From: a virus
Taxonomy: Duplodnaviria > Caudoviricetes
Length of the DNA: 24,662 nucleotides
Direction: 5' to 3' (one strand)
Virus record (IMG/VR): IMGVR_UViG_3300009773_000010
Positions 1 through 9,200 of this stretch are shown in pieces; position 1 is the stretch's first letter, and every line of letters starts with the position of its first letter. A program made the translations under genes and the position numbers. The notes beneath the pieces are model-generated. The model did no database searches. It worked only from the letters and a program-made list of their open reading frames with translations, and had not been told where the DNA came from.

Positions 1-2121
1 GAGGCGCATGGCGCAGCTGTAGAGGCCGGCCAAGCTCATGGCGTCCTCGAGGTCCTTGAGGTACCATGCCGCAGCAGTGCGAAGGTCGCCATGCTCCCCT
101 ACCAGCCCGGTGACGGCCCTCCCCTTGCAGTACGCGGCGAACGGCGTGATCCAGTCGTTGGTGAAGTCGCTGACCGGAGCGCCGAATGAGTAGGCGTGGA
201 TGGACGGCACCGGGCAGGGATCGTTCGGGATCTTGAGGTAGTCCTTGCCGTTCCTCGCATAGTTCCACGTATCGGCGATGTACCTCCCGTCGCTCTCGCT
301 CCAGTGATAGGTCTCGACGCAGAACATCGCCCCGATGAGCGCGTGACCCATGGTGATGACCGCATGCCCCTCGCCGGCGAGCTGTCCTGACAGGTCGACC
401 GCGGCCTTGACCCAGGCGCCGAACTTGGCCAGTCTCGTGGCGTAGTCCGGATACTTCGGGAGCCAGTGGTTGAACGCATAATAGTCATGATCAGGCTCGT
501 TGGCGAACTCGATGCAGTAGACGCCACGATGGCCGGCGAAGTGCCTAGCCACGTCACCGACGAATGCGCAGGCATCGGCGAAGTCCTGCGAGCTCGCATC
601 GTAGAGCGTGACCCTATCCTTATCATAGCTACCATCAGCGAAGCCGAGGCAGGTGATCACCAGCTGGAGGCCGTGCTCGAGCGCGGCGTCGGCATAGGCA
701 TCGAGGGCCTGGTAGAACCTCGTCGGGTTGTTCTTCCACGCGCTGTACTGGATCTTCGATGACCACGTATCGCCGGCACCGATGCGCAGCAGCTGCACCC
801 CGAGCTCGTGCAGGCCGGCCATGGTCTTCCGGGCCAGGTCCCGCACGTCCGAGGCGTTCATGGCGGTGGTGGGGTCGAGCTTCGTGCTCCCGAGGAAGAG
901 GCGGTTCTGACCCACCTTGCCCTCGAGGATCCACGCGAGGACGCACTGATCGTTGACGCCGATGCGGCCCGCGATGACAGCGGCAGGCTCCGAGGCCTCG
1001 GGCTCGGGTGTGGAGCTCGCAGGCGGCGTGCTCTCCTCGAGCGCGGTGGTGGTGAGGATCTCCACCGGCGGGACGATCCTATCCCCGCTGACCGAGTTCC
1101 CTGAGATGGTCTGATCCGCCAGCGATGCCCCTCCGGACGCCACGATCCCACCCCGCAGGTGGCGTATGACATTGTCCTTGAGGGTGTTGCCGTTCGGTCC
1201 GCTGTTATAGACCACGCCCCAGCCCGTTGGACAGTCGACGTAGTTATGCCGGTGCACGTTCCCGGTGCTCTCCTGTCCGTGCCAGTTGCGCACGGTGATG
1301 CACCACGGCCCCTTATTCACATCACTCTCACTGAGGCCGTACACCCACGGACAGCCGAGATAGTTGTCCTTGACCGTCCACCCTCGGCCGGGCTCGCAGT
1401 TCACTGCGCTCATGGCGATGTGGTGGATGTAGTTGTTCTCGACCAGGCACTTGCTCGCGCCAGTATCCCATCCCCCACCGCCCCCGGCCACCCCGGACCC
1501 GTACTCCCGGTAGCTCTTGTTGTACCGCAGGCCGCAGTAGGCCAGCTCGCAGTTCCGCACCGTCGCAGAGTATCCTGTCGGATTCCCACGGTGAGCGGCG
1601 TAGACCGCCGTATGCGTGACGTTGTGGATGTAGCATGAATCGATGGTGGTGCCCTCGCTGTTGTACAGCCCGATGCCACCGAACAGCGCCCTGGACTGGA
1701 CAGCGTCCGCAGCGGACAGCCCCCCGTCGATGTCCAGGTAGGCAATGGTGATCGGCGTCTTGTAGTCGTTCCTGCGGAAGATGAACGAGTTGATGTTGTT
1801 CACCGAGGAGACGATCTTCGAGACCGGCACCGCCACGGTGGCCTTCTTGAACGTCATGCTGGCCCCGTCCCACACATACCCGGTGCGGTTCTCGACAGAC
1901 CCGAATATGTTGGAGGCCTTCAGCATCGGCGTCCCCGCGGTCACGAACCTGCCCGGAGCAAGGAGGACGTTCTCACCGGCCGGGCAGTTGTCGATGGCCC
2001 ACTGGATGGCCTGCGCTGCCGTGCCCCTGTCCACGATGGTCCCGCCGTTCTCGCCCGCCCGCCCATCGGGGTGCACGATGTAGTCATAGTCCTTGCCTAT
2101 GTGAGCGACCCTGGCGGTCAT
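1..2121 (-). CDS. Two-domain glycan-active protein: right-handed beta-helix (pectate lyase-like) + Pro/Ser/Glu linker + GH5-like (clan GH-A) TIM barrel; 3'-truncated by the window edge
   Basis: Hand translation from ATG 2121 gives 707 codons with no stop (MTARVAHIGKDYDY...SCAMRL). Beta-helix signatures: AIQWAIDN..VLLAPGRF, TTIDSCYIHN, TVRNCEL, LVENNYIHH. Linker STPPASSTPEPEASEP. GH-A motifs: LGVQLLRI (R446), EFANEP (E542), SIHAY (H642/Y644), LVGEHG (E676). Confidence 0.88.
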   Translation of the reverse strand, partial: MTARVAHIGKDYDYIVHPDGRAGENGGTIVDRGTAAQAIQWAIDNCPAGENVLLAPGRFVTAGTPMLKASNIFGSVENRTGYVWDGASMTFKKATVAVPVSKIVSSVNNINSFIFRRNDYKTPITIAYLDIDGGLSAADAVQSRALFGGIGLYNSEGTTIDSCYIHNVTHTAVYAAHRGNPTGYSATVRNCELAYCGLRYNKSYREYGSGVAGGGGGWDTGASKCLVENNYIHHIAMSAVNCEPGRGWTVKDNYLGCPWVYGLSESDVNKGPWCITVRNWHGQESTGNVHRHNYVDCPTGWGVVYNSGPNGNTLKDNVIRHLRGGIVASGGASLADQTISGNSVSGDRIVPPVEILTTTALEESTPPASSTPEPEASEPAAVIAGRIGVNDQCVLAWILEGKVGQNRLFLGSTKLDPTTAMNASDVRDLARKTMAGLHELGVQLLRIGAGDTWSSKIQYSAWKNNPTRFYQALDAYADAALEHGLQLVITCLGFADGSYDKDRVTLYDASSQDFADACAFVGDVARHFAGHRGVYCIEFANEPDHDYYAFNHWLPKYPDYATRLAKFGAWVKAAVDLSGQLAGEGHAVITMGHALIGAMFCVETYHWSESDGRYIADTWNYARNGKDYLKIPNDPCPVPSIHAYSFGAPVSDFTNDWITPFAAYCKGRAVTGLVGEHGDLRTAAAWYLKDLEDAMSLAGLYSCAMRL

Positions 2122-2240
2122 GGCGACCCCGACAGGACCCACTTCAGGTACTCGACGATGTTGATCACGATCCACACGGTGGCGACGGTCAGGAACGTGC
2201 CACAGATCCAGTATGTCAAGCTCTCTCTGTCTAGTTTCAT
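2118..2240 (-). CDS. 40-aa single-pass membrane peptide (holin-like candidate)
   Basis: MKLDRESLTYWICGTFLTVATVWIVINIVEYLKWVLSGSP. It exactly fills the gap between neighbours, with ATGA overlaps at both ends (2237-2240 and 2118-2121), and has one hydrophobic stretch of about 21 aa. Confidence 0.75.
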   Translation of the reverse strand: MKLDRESLTYWICGTFLTVATVWIVINIVEYLKWVLSGSP

Positions 2241-3367
2241 AATATCCCAACACCTCCGAAGATCATGCAGCCCCCGGAAGGTCCCGCTCCCCCGGCCGAG
2301 GCGGTCAGGCTCTCGATCCGTATGTTATCGATAGCGTACGGCGTGCTGCCGATCTGATAGAAGAAAAGGACCGAATCATTGACGGCCTGGTTGATGCCCA
2401 TCATCTGATAGTTGTTCGGAAGGCTGGATTCCGTGGCCGCGTCCACGACCGAGCCCCAGGTATCGGTCAGCGCGGTGTACTTCTGATAGTACACGTGGCT
2501 GGTCGTGGGGAAATCCTGCCAGGCGATGAAGAAGTCGCCGCTATCCTTGTTCACGGATACGGCGGGCACATCATCATAGTCGCAATTGTGCTCGATCTCC
2601 ACGGCGGTACCCCAGGAGGAGCCGTCGAACTCCCGGCGGTAGATATTGAAAAGGATGTCCTGGGCGTTCCATGCTAGGACGACCTTGTCCCCGTAGGCGC
2701 GGGCATCCCATCGCGGGGTCGCGGAGCAGATGATGCTCGATGCTTGGACGCGAGAACCGAGCGCGGAGCCGTTCCAGATCTTCTCGTAGATGTGCCCCCC
2801 AGTGACGCCGCAGTACAGGCACATCCACTTGCCCGATGTTAGGGCCAGGACCTTGACGTACATGTTCACGGAATCCTCACCGGAATCGGATACCGTCATG
2901 GGGTACCCGAAGGCCACGGACCAGGAGGAACCGTCGTAGGTCAGCTTCGTGACCCTGGCCTTGTTGTCGGCATAGTACCCGATCAGGATAGCGCCGTCGG
3001 GATCGATGTCCATCGATGTGATGCGCATCTGCGTCCCGGTGGCCCCCGTGGCCTCCGCGTCCCAGGATATCGCTCCTCCGGAGCAATTCCCCCGGCGGAT
3101 CTTGATGGGGTTGGAGTCCGGCGTTACTGATGCGAGGTAACAGTACTCGCCCTGTAACAGCGCCTGGAAGTAGCTCCCATCGCTCCCCGCCTTGATGGTC
3201 GTGGGGGAACCGAAGTTGGCCGGGGCGCATTCAGGGTCATCGTTGGAAACGTACACGATGTTGGTGCCGTTGCTGTATGGCAGGAACCAATAGCCTCCGG
3301 CGAATCCGGGCTTACTGCCCATGCCGTAGTAGAGCGCCGAGGAGCTCGTCGAGGTAGGCTGCGTCAT
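2237..3367 (-). CDS. Putative tail-tip receptor-binding protein, beta-propeller (BNR/sialidase-like blades)
   Basis: 376 aa. Recurring blade-like motifs YDGSSWS, WNGSALG, FDGSSWG, TDTWGS. RBS GGAGTGATC upstream. Located after the hub and tip genes. Confidence 0.65.
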   Translation of the reverse strand: MTQPTSTSSSALYYGMGSKPGFAGGYWFLPYSNGTNIVYVSNDDPECAPANFGSPTTIKAGSDGSYFQALLQGEYCYLASVTPDSNPIKIRRGNCSGGAISWDAEATGATGTQMRITSMDIDPDGAILIGYYADNKARVTKLTYDGSSWSVAFGYPMTVSDSGEDSVNMYVKVLALTSGKWMCLYCGVTGGHIYEKIWNGSALGSRVQASSIICSATPRWDARAYGDKVVLAWNAQDILFNIYRREFDGSSWGTAVEIEHNCDYDDVPAVSVNKDSGDFFIAWQDFPTTSHVYYQKYTALTDTWGSVVDAATESSLPNNYQMMGINQAVNDSVLFFYQIGSTPYAIDNIRIESLTASAGGAGPSGGCMIFGGVGIL

Positions 3368-3379
3368 GGTCGATCACTC

Positions 3380-4051
3380 CTAATCGCTGTACGCTCCGGT
3401 GTACTCGAGGTAGATGCCGAGCAGCTTCGCATCGACGGCCAGCGTCCCTTGCTTGCGGTACGCCTTGAACACGACCCATTCCCCTCCGGCCGGGGTCCCG
3501 GCCAGCGTTACTGCGGAGCCGGTGATGATGTGCAGGGCATTGGCCGACTGGAAGGCGTCCGATGCCTCCACTGCGGTACCAAGTGCCTGATCGAGCGATT
3601 CGCCGTCGCCGAAGGAACGGCCCTGAATGCCCCATATCACAGTGTTCCCGGCGGTACCTGATGCCGCCGTCCAATAGAAGCGAGGGACGAACGTGCCGGC
3701 ATTGTAGCCGTCCGGCAGAACGAAGCCCCAGGAATCATACTCCTGCGTGCTGGCGTCAAAATTGGCCGTAACGACCATGATGTCGTTGGTCGGCAGCTCC
3801 AGCTTCGCGGCCGGGGCGCATCCGTTGGTCGTATTCGGCGTCCCGCCCCCGGCCGAGAGGAAGATGGGCTTGACGGCGGCAGGGAGCCTATCCTTGTTGA
3901 TGGTCCCGGTCAATTGCGAGGCCGCCACGGCCAGATCGCCGGCCGCCAGGTCGTCCTCGATGCAATCGGCCTGGGTCTGCACATGGTTGCCCCAATCGGC
4001 CGTCAATTCCTGCCCTATGCTCCTGGTCTGCTCCACGAACGAGTTGGTCAT
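3380..4051 (-). CDS. Tail fibre/tip protein with C-terminal beta-sandwich domain (223 aa)
   Basis: Start moved to ATG 4051 (ATGA overlap with the upstream stop, GAGGTG RBS). N-terminal ELTADWGNHVQ resembles fibre attachment motifs; the C-terminus is beta-rich. Confidence 0.65.
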   Translation of the reverse strand: MTNSFVEQTRSIGQELTADWGNHVQTQADCIEDDLAAGDLAVAASQLTGTINKDRLPAAVKPIFLSAGGGTPNTTNGCAPAAKLELPTNDIMVVTANFDASTQEYDSWGFVLPDGYNAGTFVPRFYWTAASGTAGNTVIWGIQGRSFGDGESLDQALGTAVEASDAFQSANALHIITGSAVTLAGTPAGGEWVVFKAYRKQGTLAVDAKLLGIYLEYTGAYSD

Positions 4052-4878
4052 GCTGACTCCCACCTCATGATCGCCACTACCTGCGCTCCCTTCCCTACCT
4101 CGATCTCATACGGCCCCGGCGTGATCAGGCCCCGAGCGAACAGGGCCGGGACGGATACCGGCGGGGTGCCGGTGTTCGTATCGAAGTACACCCCGGCCTC
4201 GGCCAGCGTCGATCCGTTGTACTGGTCCGGGGCGATGGTATAATAGAGCGTGAGCTGGCCATCGGCCGATGCGGTTGAGGCCAGGGGCAACGGGGTCATG
4301 GTCCAGGGATCCGCTAGCCCAGTATCGGCCACGCTCTCGGATACGGTACCCTGGCCGCATAGGAGCGCCGTTAGCTTGATGGTGTACGCACCCTCGCTGT
4401 TCGCTAGCTGCGCGAACATGAGGCATCCCAGGCGGGAATTGGTCCCGCCGAATACCACGTCGAATTGGAAGATATAAGCGAAATCTGCGGTCTTGTCGAG
4501 GTCGTCGATCACCACGCGGGCGAAGGCATTTCCAGCGGTGGCCGGCGCTATCCATACCTCGCGGATGGTGTGCCCGTTCAGTTCATCCTCGTTTATCTGC
4601 TGGACGGCCCGGAATCGCACCCCGTTGACGTACTTGGTCGTCACCTCGGAGCATAGCAACGGCGTCTGCCCCCACGTTTGGGATGGGACCACGGCGGTAC
4701 CGGAGGAGCCGACGCCGATAGCCTCCAATCTGAATTCGTTGCCGAGCATGGCGTCCCGCAGCATGTTCAGCCCCGTCGATAGGACGGCATTATGCGCCCG
4801 ACGCACCAATTCCTTGCGACCATCGCGGCCGAGGCGGTACACCAGGACGTTGCAGTACACGCGGGAACGGACGATCAC
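4048..4878 (-). CDS. Tail-tip structural protein with two tandem collar-fibre-like domains (276 aa)
   Basis: Start moved to GTG 4878 (GTGA overlap with the hub stop). Domain 1: HNAVLSTGL..IGVGSSGT..IREVWI. Domain 2: LLCGQGT..DTGL..LAEAGVYF. Similar to the 17236-17787 protein. Confidence 0.7.
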   Translation of the reverse strand: MIVRSRVYCNVLVYRLGRDGRKELVRRAHNAVLSTGLNMLRDAMLGNEFRLEAIGVGSSGTAVVPSQTWGQTPLLCSEVTTKYVNGVRFRAVQQINEDELNGHTIREVWIAPATAGNAFARVVIDDLDKTADFAYIFQFDVVFGGTNSRLGCLMFAQLANSEGAYTIKLTALLCGQGTVSESVADTGLADPWTMTPLPLASTASADGQLTLYYTIAPDQYNGSTLAEAGVYFDTNTGTPPVSVPALFARGLITPGPYEIEVGKGAQVVAIMRWESA

Positions 4879-6287
4879 CAGAAGGCCGCCCCCCCGTCGA
4901 ATGTGGAGCCGGAGCCGGCCCCGTCGCCGAATACCGCCTGGGGGCGGGATATGACGGAGAAGGTGTGGCTCATCACCACGGTGGCCTCCACCTTGCCACA
5001 TTGGGTGATGGTTTCGTCCTCCCTCTCCTCGTACTCCTGCCGGCTCGTCAGCATGCGGTAAAACTCGACCCAATCCTCCCGGCGCTCCCCGGTCACGCCC
5101 TCCACCTTGTAGGATAGCGATAGGTCCGCGTCCTCACGCTCCTCCGCTTCCACGGATGTGATCAGGATCTGCGTATCGATGCCGTAGTCCGTCAGATGCA
5201 CCGGTATCACCATGCCCGCCCGGAGGCCCGGCGCATAGGTGCTGAACTCCGCATCCAGCTTATCGTAGGGATTCTGCTTCATCTCCGTCTCGGCCGCCGT
5301 TACAGCCGCGTCCAGGTACGGGATGCTGGAATCGTCCACGAAGGTTTCATAGCGCCCATGCTCGGCGATGCTGGCCTTATCCTCTAGCATGACCATGATG
5401 CCGAACGTCCCCACGTAGGTGATGGCCAGGGTGTCCGAGGCCGTCAGGACTGTCCCTGCGTCATCCTGACGGATGATCTTGTCACCCTCGTTCCAGTACC
5501 AATCGAAGCCGGATTCGACCCCCCATATCCCTACGGTCTTGCTGACGCCGTTCACCTTGATGGTCGGCTCATGCAATACCTTGAAACGGACCTTGAACTC
5601 CGTCCGGGTGCCATCGCCCACCATCGATTCCGTCCGCTCGTCAGTGATGCCCTTGGCCGAGCCCCGGTAATAGACCACGTTGCAGAAATCGTCCAGGGAT
5701 TCCTCGATGCTCAGGCTGATGTAGTCCTGATTGTCGTCAGTGATGGCGAACGGCGCGACGTAGGACTCCTTGGCAATGAAATGCAGCTTCTTCTGATGGT
5801 CAATGAACCAGATGTAGCCCTCGCGGTCGGCCATCTCGTTCAGCACATCCGTCGCCGATTGCCCGTTGTACTTTACCTTTGATACCGTCCCGCCGGCCTC
5901 AATGGTCCCGGCGGTGACGCCATACTGCGCCAGCTTGGTCGTGATCAGGTCCCGCACTATGGCGTCCGACGTGGTATCCGCATACGCCTTGAGGACATGG
6001 GCGCGGTCGGCGAGGGCCGAGAAATCGGTGAACTTTACGGTCCACTCCATGATGTCCGAGCCCGGGATCATCTTCCGCTTGGCCCGGTACACGATGCCGC
6101 CGAAGGCCGTCTGCGCCTTTTCGGTATCGTAGAAATAAACCTCGTCGCCCTTGTACGGCCGCCACGCGCTCCCTTGGTGGAAGGTGAGCCCGCCGATGGT
6201 CCTGGCCCCCAGCGTGGACTTGAGCGAGGTAGTGCCGGGCACCGTTAGCCCGTCCACATTGGTCCCGTTGATGGTCACCTGGTACAT
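4875..6287 (-). CDS. Baseplate hub / Tal-like tail protein
   Basis: 470 aa directly after the tape measure. Hub-like patterns PYKGDEV..FGGIV, IVRDLI, LNEMADREGYIWFID..LHF, GLRAGM.I.V. Confidence 0.75.
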   Translation of the reverse strand: MYQVTINGTNVDGLTVPGTTSLKSTLGARTIGGLTFHQGSAWRPYKGDEVYFYDTEKAQTAFGGIVYRAKRKMIPGSDIMEWTVKFTDFSALADRAHVLKAYADTTSDAIVRDLITTKLAQYGVTAGTIEAGGTVSKVKYNGQSATDVLNEMADREGYIWFIDHQKKLHFIAKESYVAPFAITDDNQDYISLSIEESLDDFCNVVYYRGSAKGITDERTESMVGDGTRTEFKVRFKVLHEPTIKVNGVSKTVGIWGVESGFDWYWNEGDKIIRQDDAGTVLTASDTLAITYVGTFGIMVMLEDKASIAEHGRYETFVDDSSIPYLDAAVTAAETEMKQNPYDKLDAEFSTYAPGLRAGMVIPVHLTDYGIDTQILITSVEAEEREDADLSLSYKVEGVTGERREDWVEFYRMLTSRQEYEEREDETITQCGKVEATVVMSHTFSVISRPQAVFGDGAGSGSTFDGGAAFW

Positions 6288-6290
6288 GGC

Positions 6291-9200
6291 TCAGATCCCC
6301 ATCAGCTTCAGCTCGCTCCGGAAGTCCTTCATAAAGGACCGGACGTTGTTGGGCGTTCCCATCTGCATGACGATCTGGCCGACGTATACCGTTTTAGAAA
6401 GCCCGGCGGGATTGATGCCCACCGGGACCGTGGCCGATAGGCCCATGCTCTGCCCGAGGTTCGACATGATGCTGGCCATGGGGGCCGAGGAGATGATCTG
6501 CGAACGGAGGTCGAGAATGCTCTGCATGATGCCGTCCGGCACGATCCATTCCGGGCCGGCTTCGCCGAAGATACCTAGCGTAGGCTTGTCGGCGTAACCG
6601 CCCTTGGCGTACAGTTTGAAGCCCGGTATCCATTCCCCGTCCGGGACGAGGTCGCCCACGGCCTTGCCGATGGCATCCCCTACCTTGCCGATGCCCCCGG
6701 TGATGCCGCTGACCACCTGGTCGATGATCTTGGCCCCGATGTCCCATATCTCACCCAGGCCGCCGGTAATGCCATTCACGAAGTTGCTGATCCACTCGGC
6801 CGCGCCCGATACCAGGTCATCCACGCCGCCGGCGATGCCGTCCACGAAATTGGTGACCCAATCCGCAGCGCCGGAAACGAGCTTGCTCACTCCCCCCGCT
6901 ATGCCATTGATGAAATTGGTCACCCATTCGGCCGCCCCGGAGATGAGCTTCCCCACGCCTCCGGCGATGCCGGTAACGAAGTTCGTTACCCAGGCCAGGG
7001 CACCAGATATTAGCTGCGATACGCCGCCCGCTATCCCGGTAATGAAATTAAGCACCCAGGCGGCGGCCTGGGATACGAGCTGGATGATGCCTCCGGCGAT
7101 GCCGCTCACAAAATTGGACACCCATTGTGCGGCCTGTCCGATCAATTGCCCGATTCCGCCCCCAATGCCAGTGACGAAGTTCAGTACCCAGATGGCCGCT
7201 GAGGTGATCAGCTGTAGGGCCCCGTTGCCTAGACCAGTGATGAAATTCAATACCCAGGAGGCGGCCCCGCCGAGCAGAGAGGAGATGCCGCCGGCGAGGC
7301 CATTTACGAATCCGGTGATCCACGATACGGCGGTATCGACAAGGGATGTGACCCCGCCGGCCAGCGTGTTGTACATCCCGTCCAGGTTGAACAGCCCGAT
7401 GATGAAGCCGCCGATGCCCTCCAGGATGCCCAGGACGGTATTGCCGATAGCTACGACGAGGCCCCACCAATCGATCGTTGCGAGGAAGGAAACGACGCCC
7501 TGGATGGCCCCTATGATGCCGTTCCCTATGCCCTGGATAACTCCCCACCAATCGATGCTCATGACCCAATTTACGAGGTCCTCTATCAGCTTGCGCAGCC
7601 CGGTGCCGAACTCCTTGCCTACCTGGCCCCAATCGATCTCGGAAACCCATTTCACGAAGCCGTTGACCAGCTTGCCGGCCTCCGCCCCGAGATTGCTGAA
7701 CATCCCGCCCCAGTCGATGTTCTTGAACCAATTGATGACCCCGTTTATCAGGTCGCTGGTGCTGCCGAGGGAGTCTGACATGCCGCCGAGCCAATCGATA
7801 GAATTGAACCAGTTGGCGATGCCGCTAACTATCCCATCGGCGAAGCTCCCGAGGTCCTTGGCTAGCTGCCCCCAATCGATGCCCCCGAGCCATTTCGCTA
7901 TGGCATCAACTACCTTCGGCCCGAAGGCCAGAATCTTGTTGGTCAGCTCGGTCCAATCCACCGAGTTTATGGCATCCCCTATCTTCTGCCCGATGCCACC
8001 CAGGAAATCCGTTACCCCTTTGATGTCCTGCCCCATGGCATCGACATCGAAGTCACGGATGGCGGCCCATGCGGCAATTCCCCCGATAGCGGCCACAGGG
8101 GCGGCAACGGCAGCAGCGCCCGCTAGCCCGATACCTCCGGCTGCTGCACCCCCAGCAGCAGCTCCGCCACCGCCGAGAAGGCCGCTCAGGCCGCCCAGGA
8201 TACTGCCCCCTCCCCCTAGCCCTCCGACGATGCCCATGACCGAGCCGAGGCCGGATACCATGGGGCCGAGCATCATCAATAGCGGGCCGATGGCGGCCGC
8301 CAATAGCCCGATCTTGACGATCCAGCCCTGCGTACCCTCGGATAGGTTCGAGAACCAATCCAGCGCGGGCATGAGGTAGTTGTTCACCAGGTCCTCGAAG
8401 ATCGGGAACAGCTTCTCGCCGAGGGTGATGGCGATGTCCTGGAGCTTATCCTGCATGATCTTCATCTTGCCGGCGGCAGAGTTGGCCATGATATCGGCCG
8501 CCTCCGCAGCAGCGCCCCCGCTGTCCTTCATGTTCTGGATCAGGGTGGCGAAGTCCCCATCGCTCGAGGAGATAAGGGACATCATGGGACCCATGGCCTC
8601 GACGGAGAAGATCTTGGCCGCATCCCCAGCATCGATATTGGCGTTGCGCAGGTTCCTGAGGGCCCCTTCCAGGCCTGCGACCTTGGGGTTCACATCATCC
8701 ATGGTGAGGCCGTACTTGGCCATGGTCTTGGTGAGCGCATCGGAGGGCGTCTGGAGCTTCGTCAGGCCCATCCTTAGCGCCGCGCCCGCGGTGCTGGCGT
8801 CGTAACCGGCGCGGGACATGACATCGAGAGCTGCCGCAGTTTCCCCTATGGACATGCCAGACAGCCTCGCGGACGATGAAACGTATGTGATGGCGGTGTT
8901 GAACTCCTCGGCGGTCCACATGGAGTTTTGGAACGCCGCTGTCAGATTGTCGGCCACCTCGCCGGACCTGGAGGCGTCGATGTTGAACGCCTTCATGGTG
9001 GTCTGGAGGTCTTGCGCCGTGTCGGCTAGATCCGTACCGGCGGCAGTGGAGTAGTCCATCGCACCGGCGAGATACTCCTGGATCTCCGCTGCTGTGCTGG
9101 TCGAGTCCGCAAGCCAGTACATAGCGTCGGCGACCTCGGTCGATGAGAACGTGGAGTCCCTGGACATCTGCCGGGCCGCGTCGCCCAGGTCCGAGATCTG

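Noticed and set aside
99-1873. Short track ORFs suggesting a fragmented or pseudogenised left end
   Set aside because: They are off-frame shadows of one uninterrupted ORF (2121 to the window edge).
4879-5073. N-terminal extensions in track ORFs 4048-5073 and 17236-17844
   Set aside because: They overlap upstream genes. Better starts with coupling or an RBS exist at 4878 and 17787.
6604-8379. 591-aa plus-strand ORF
   Set aside because: Antisense shadow of the tape measure gene. Its Pro/Met periodicity mirrors the Gly/Ile codons of the real gene.
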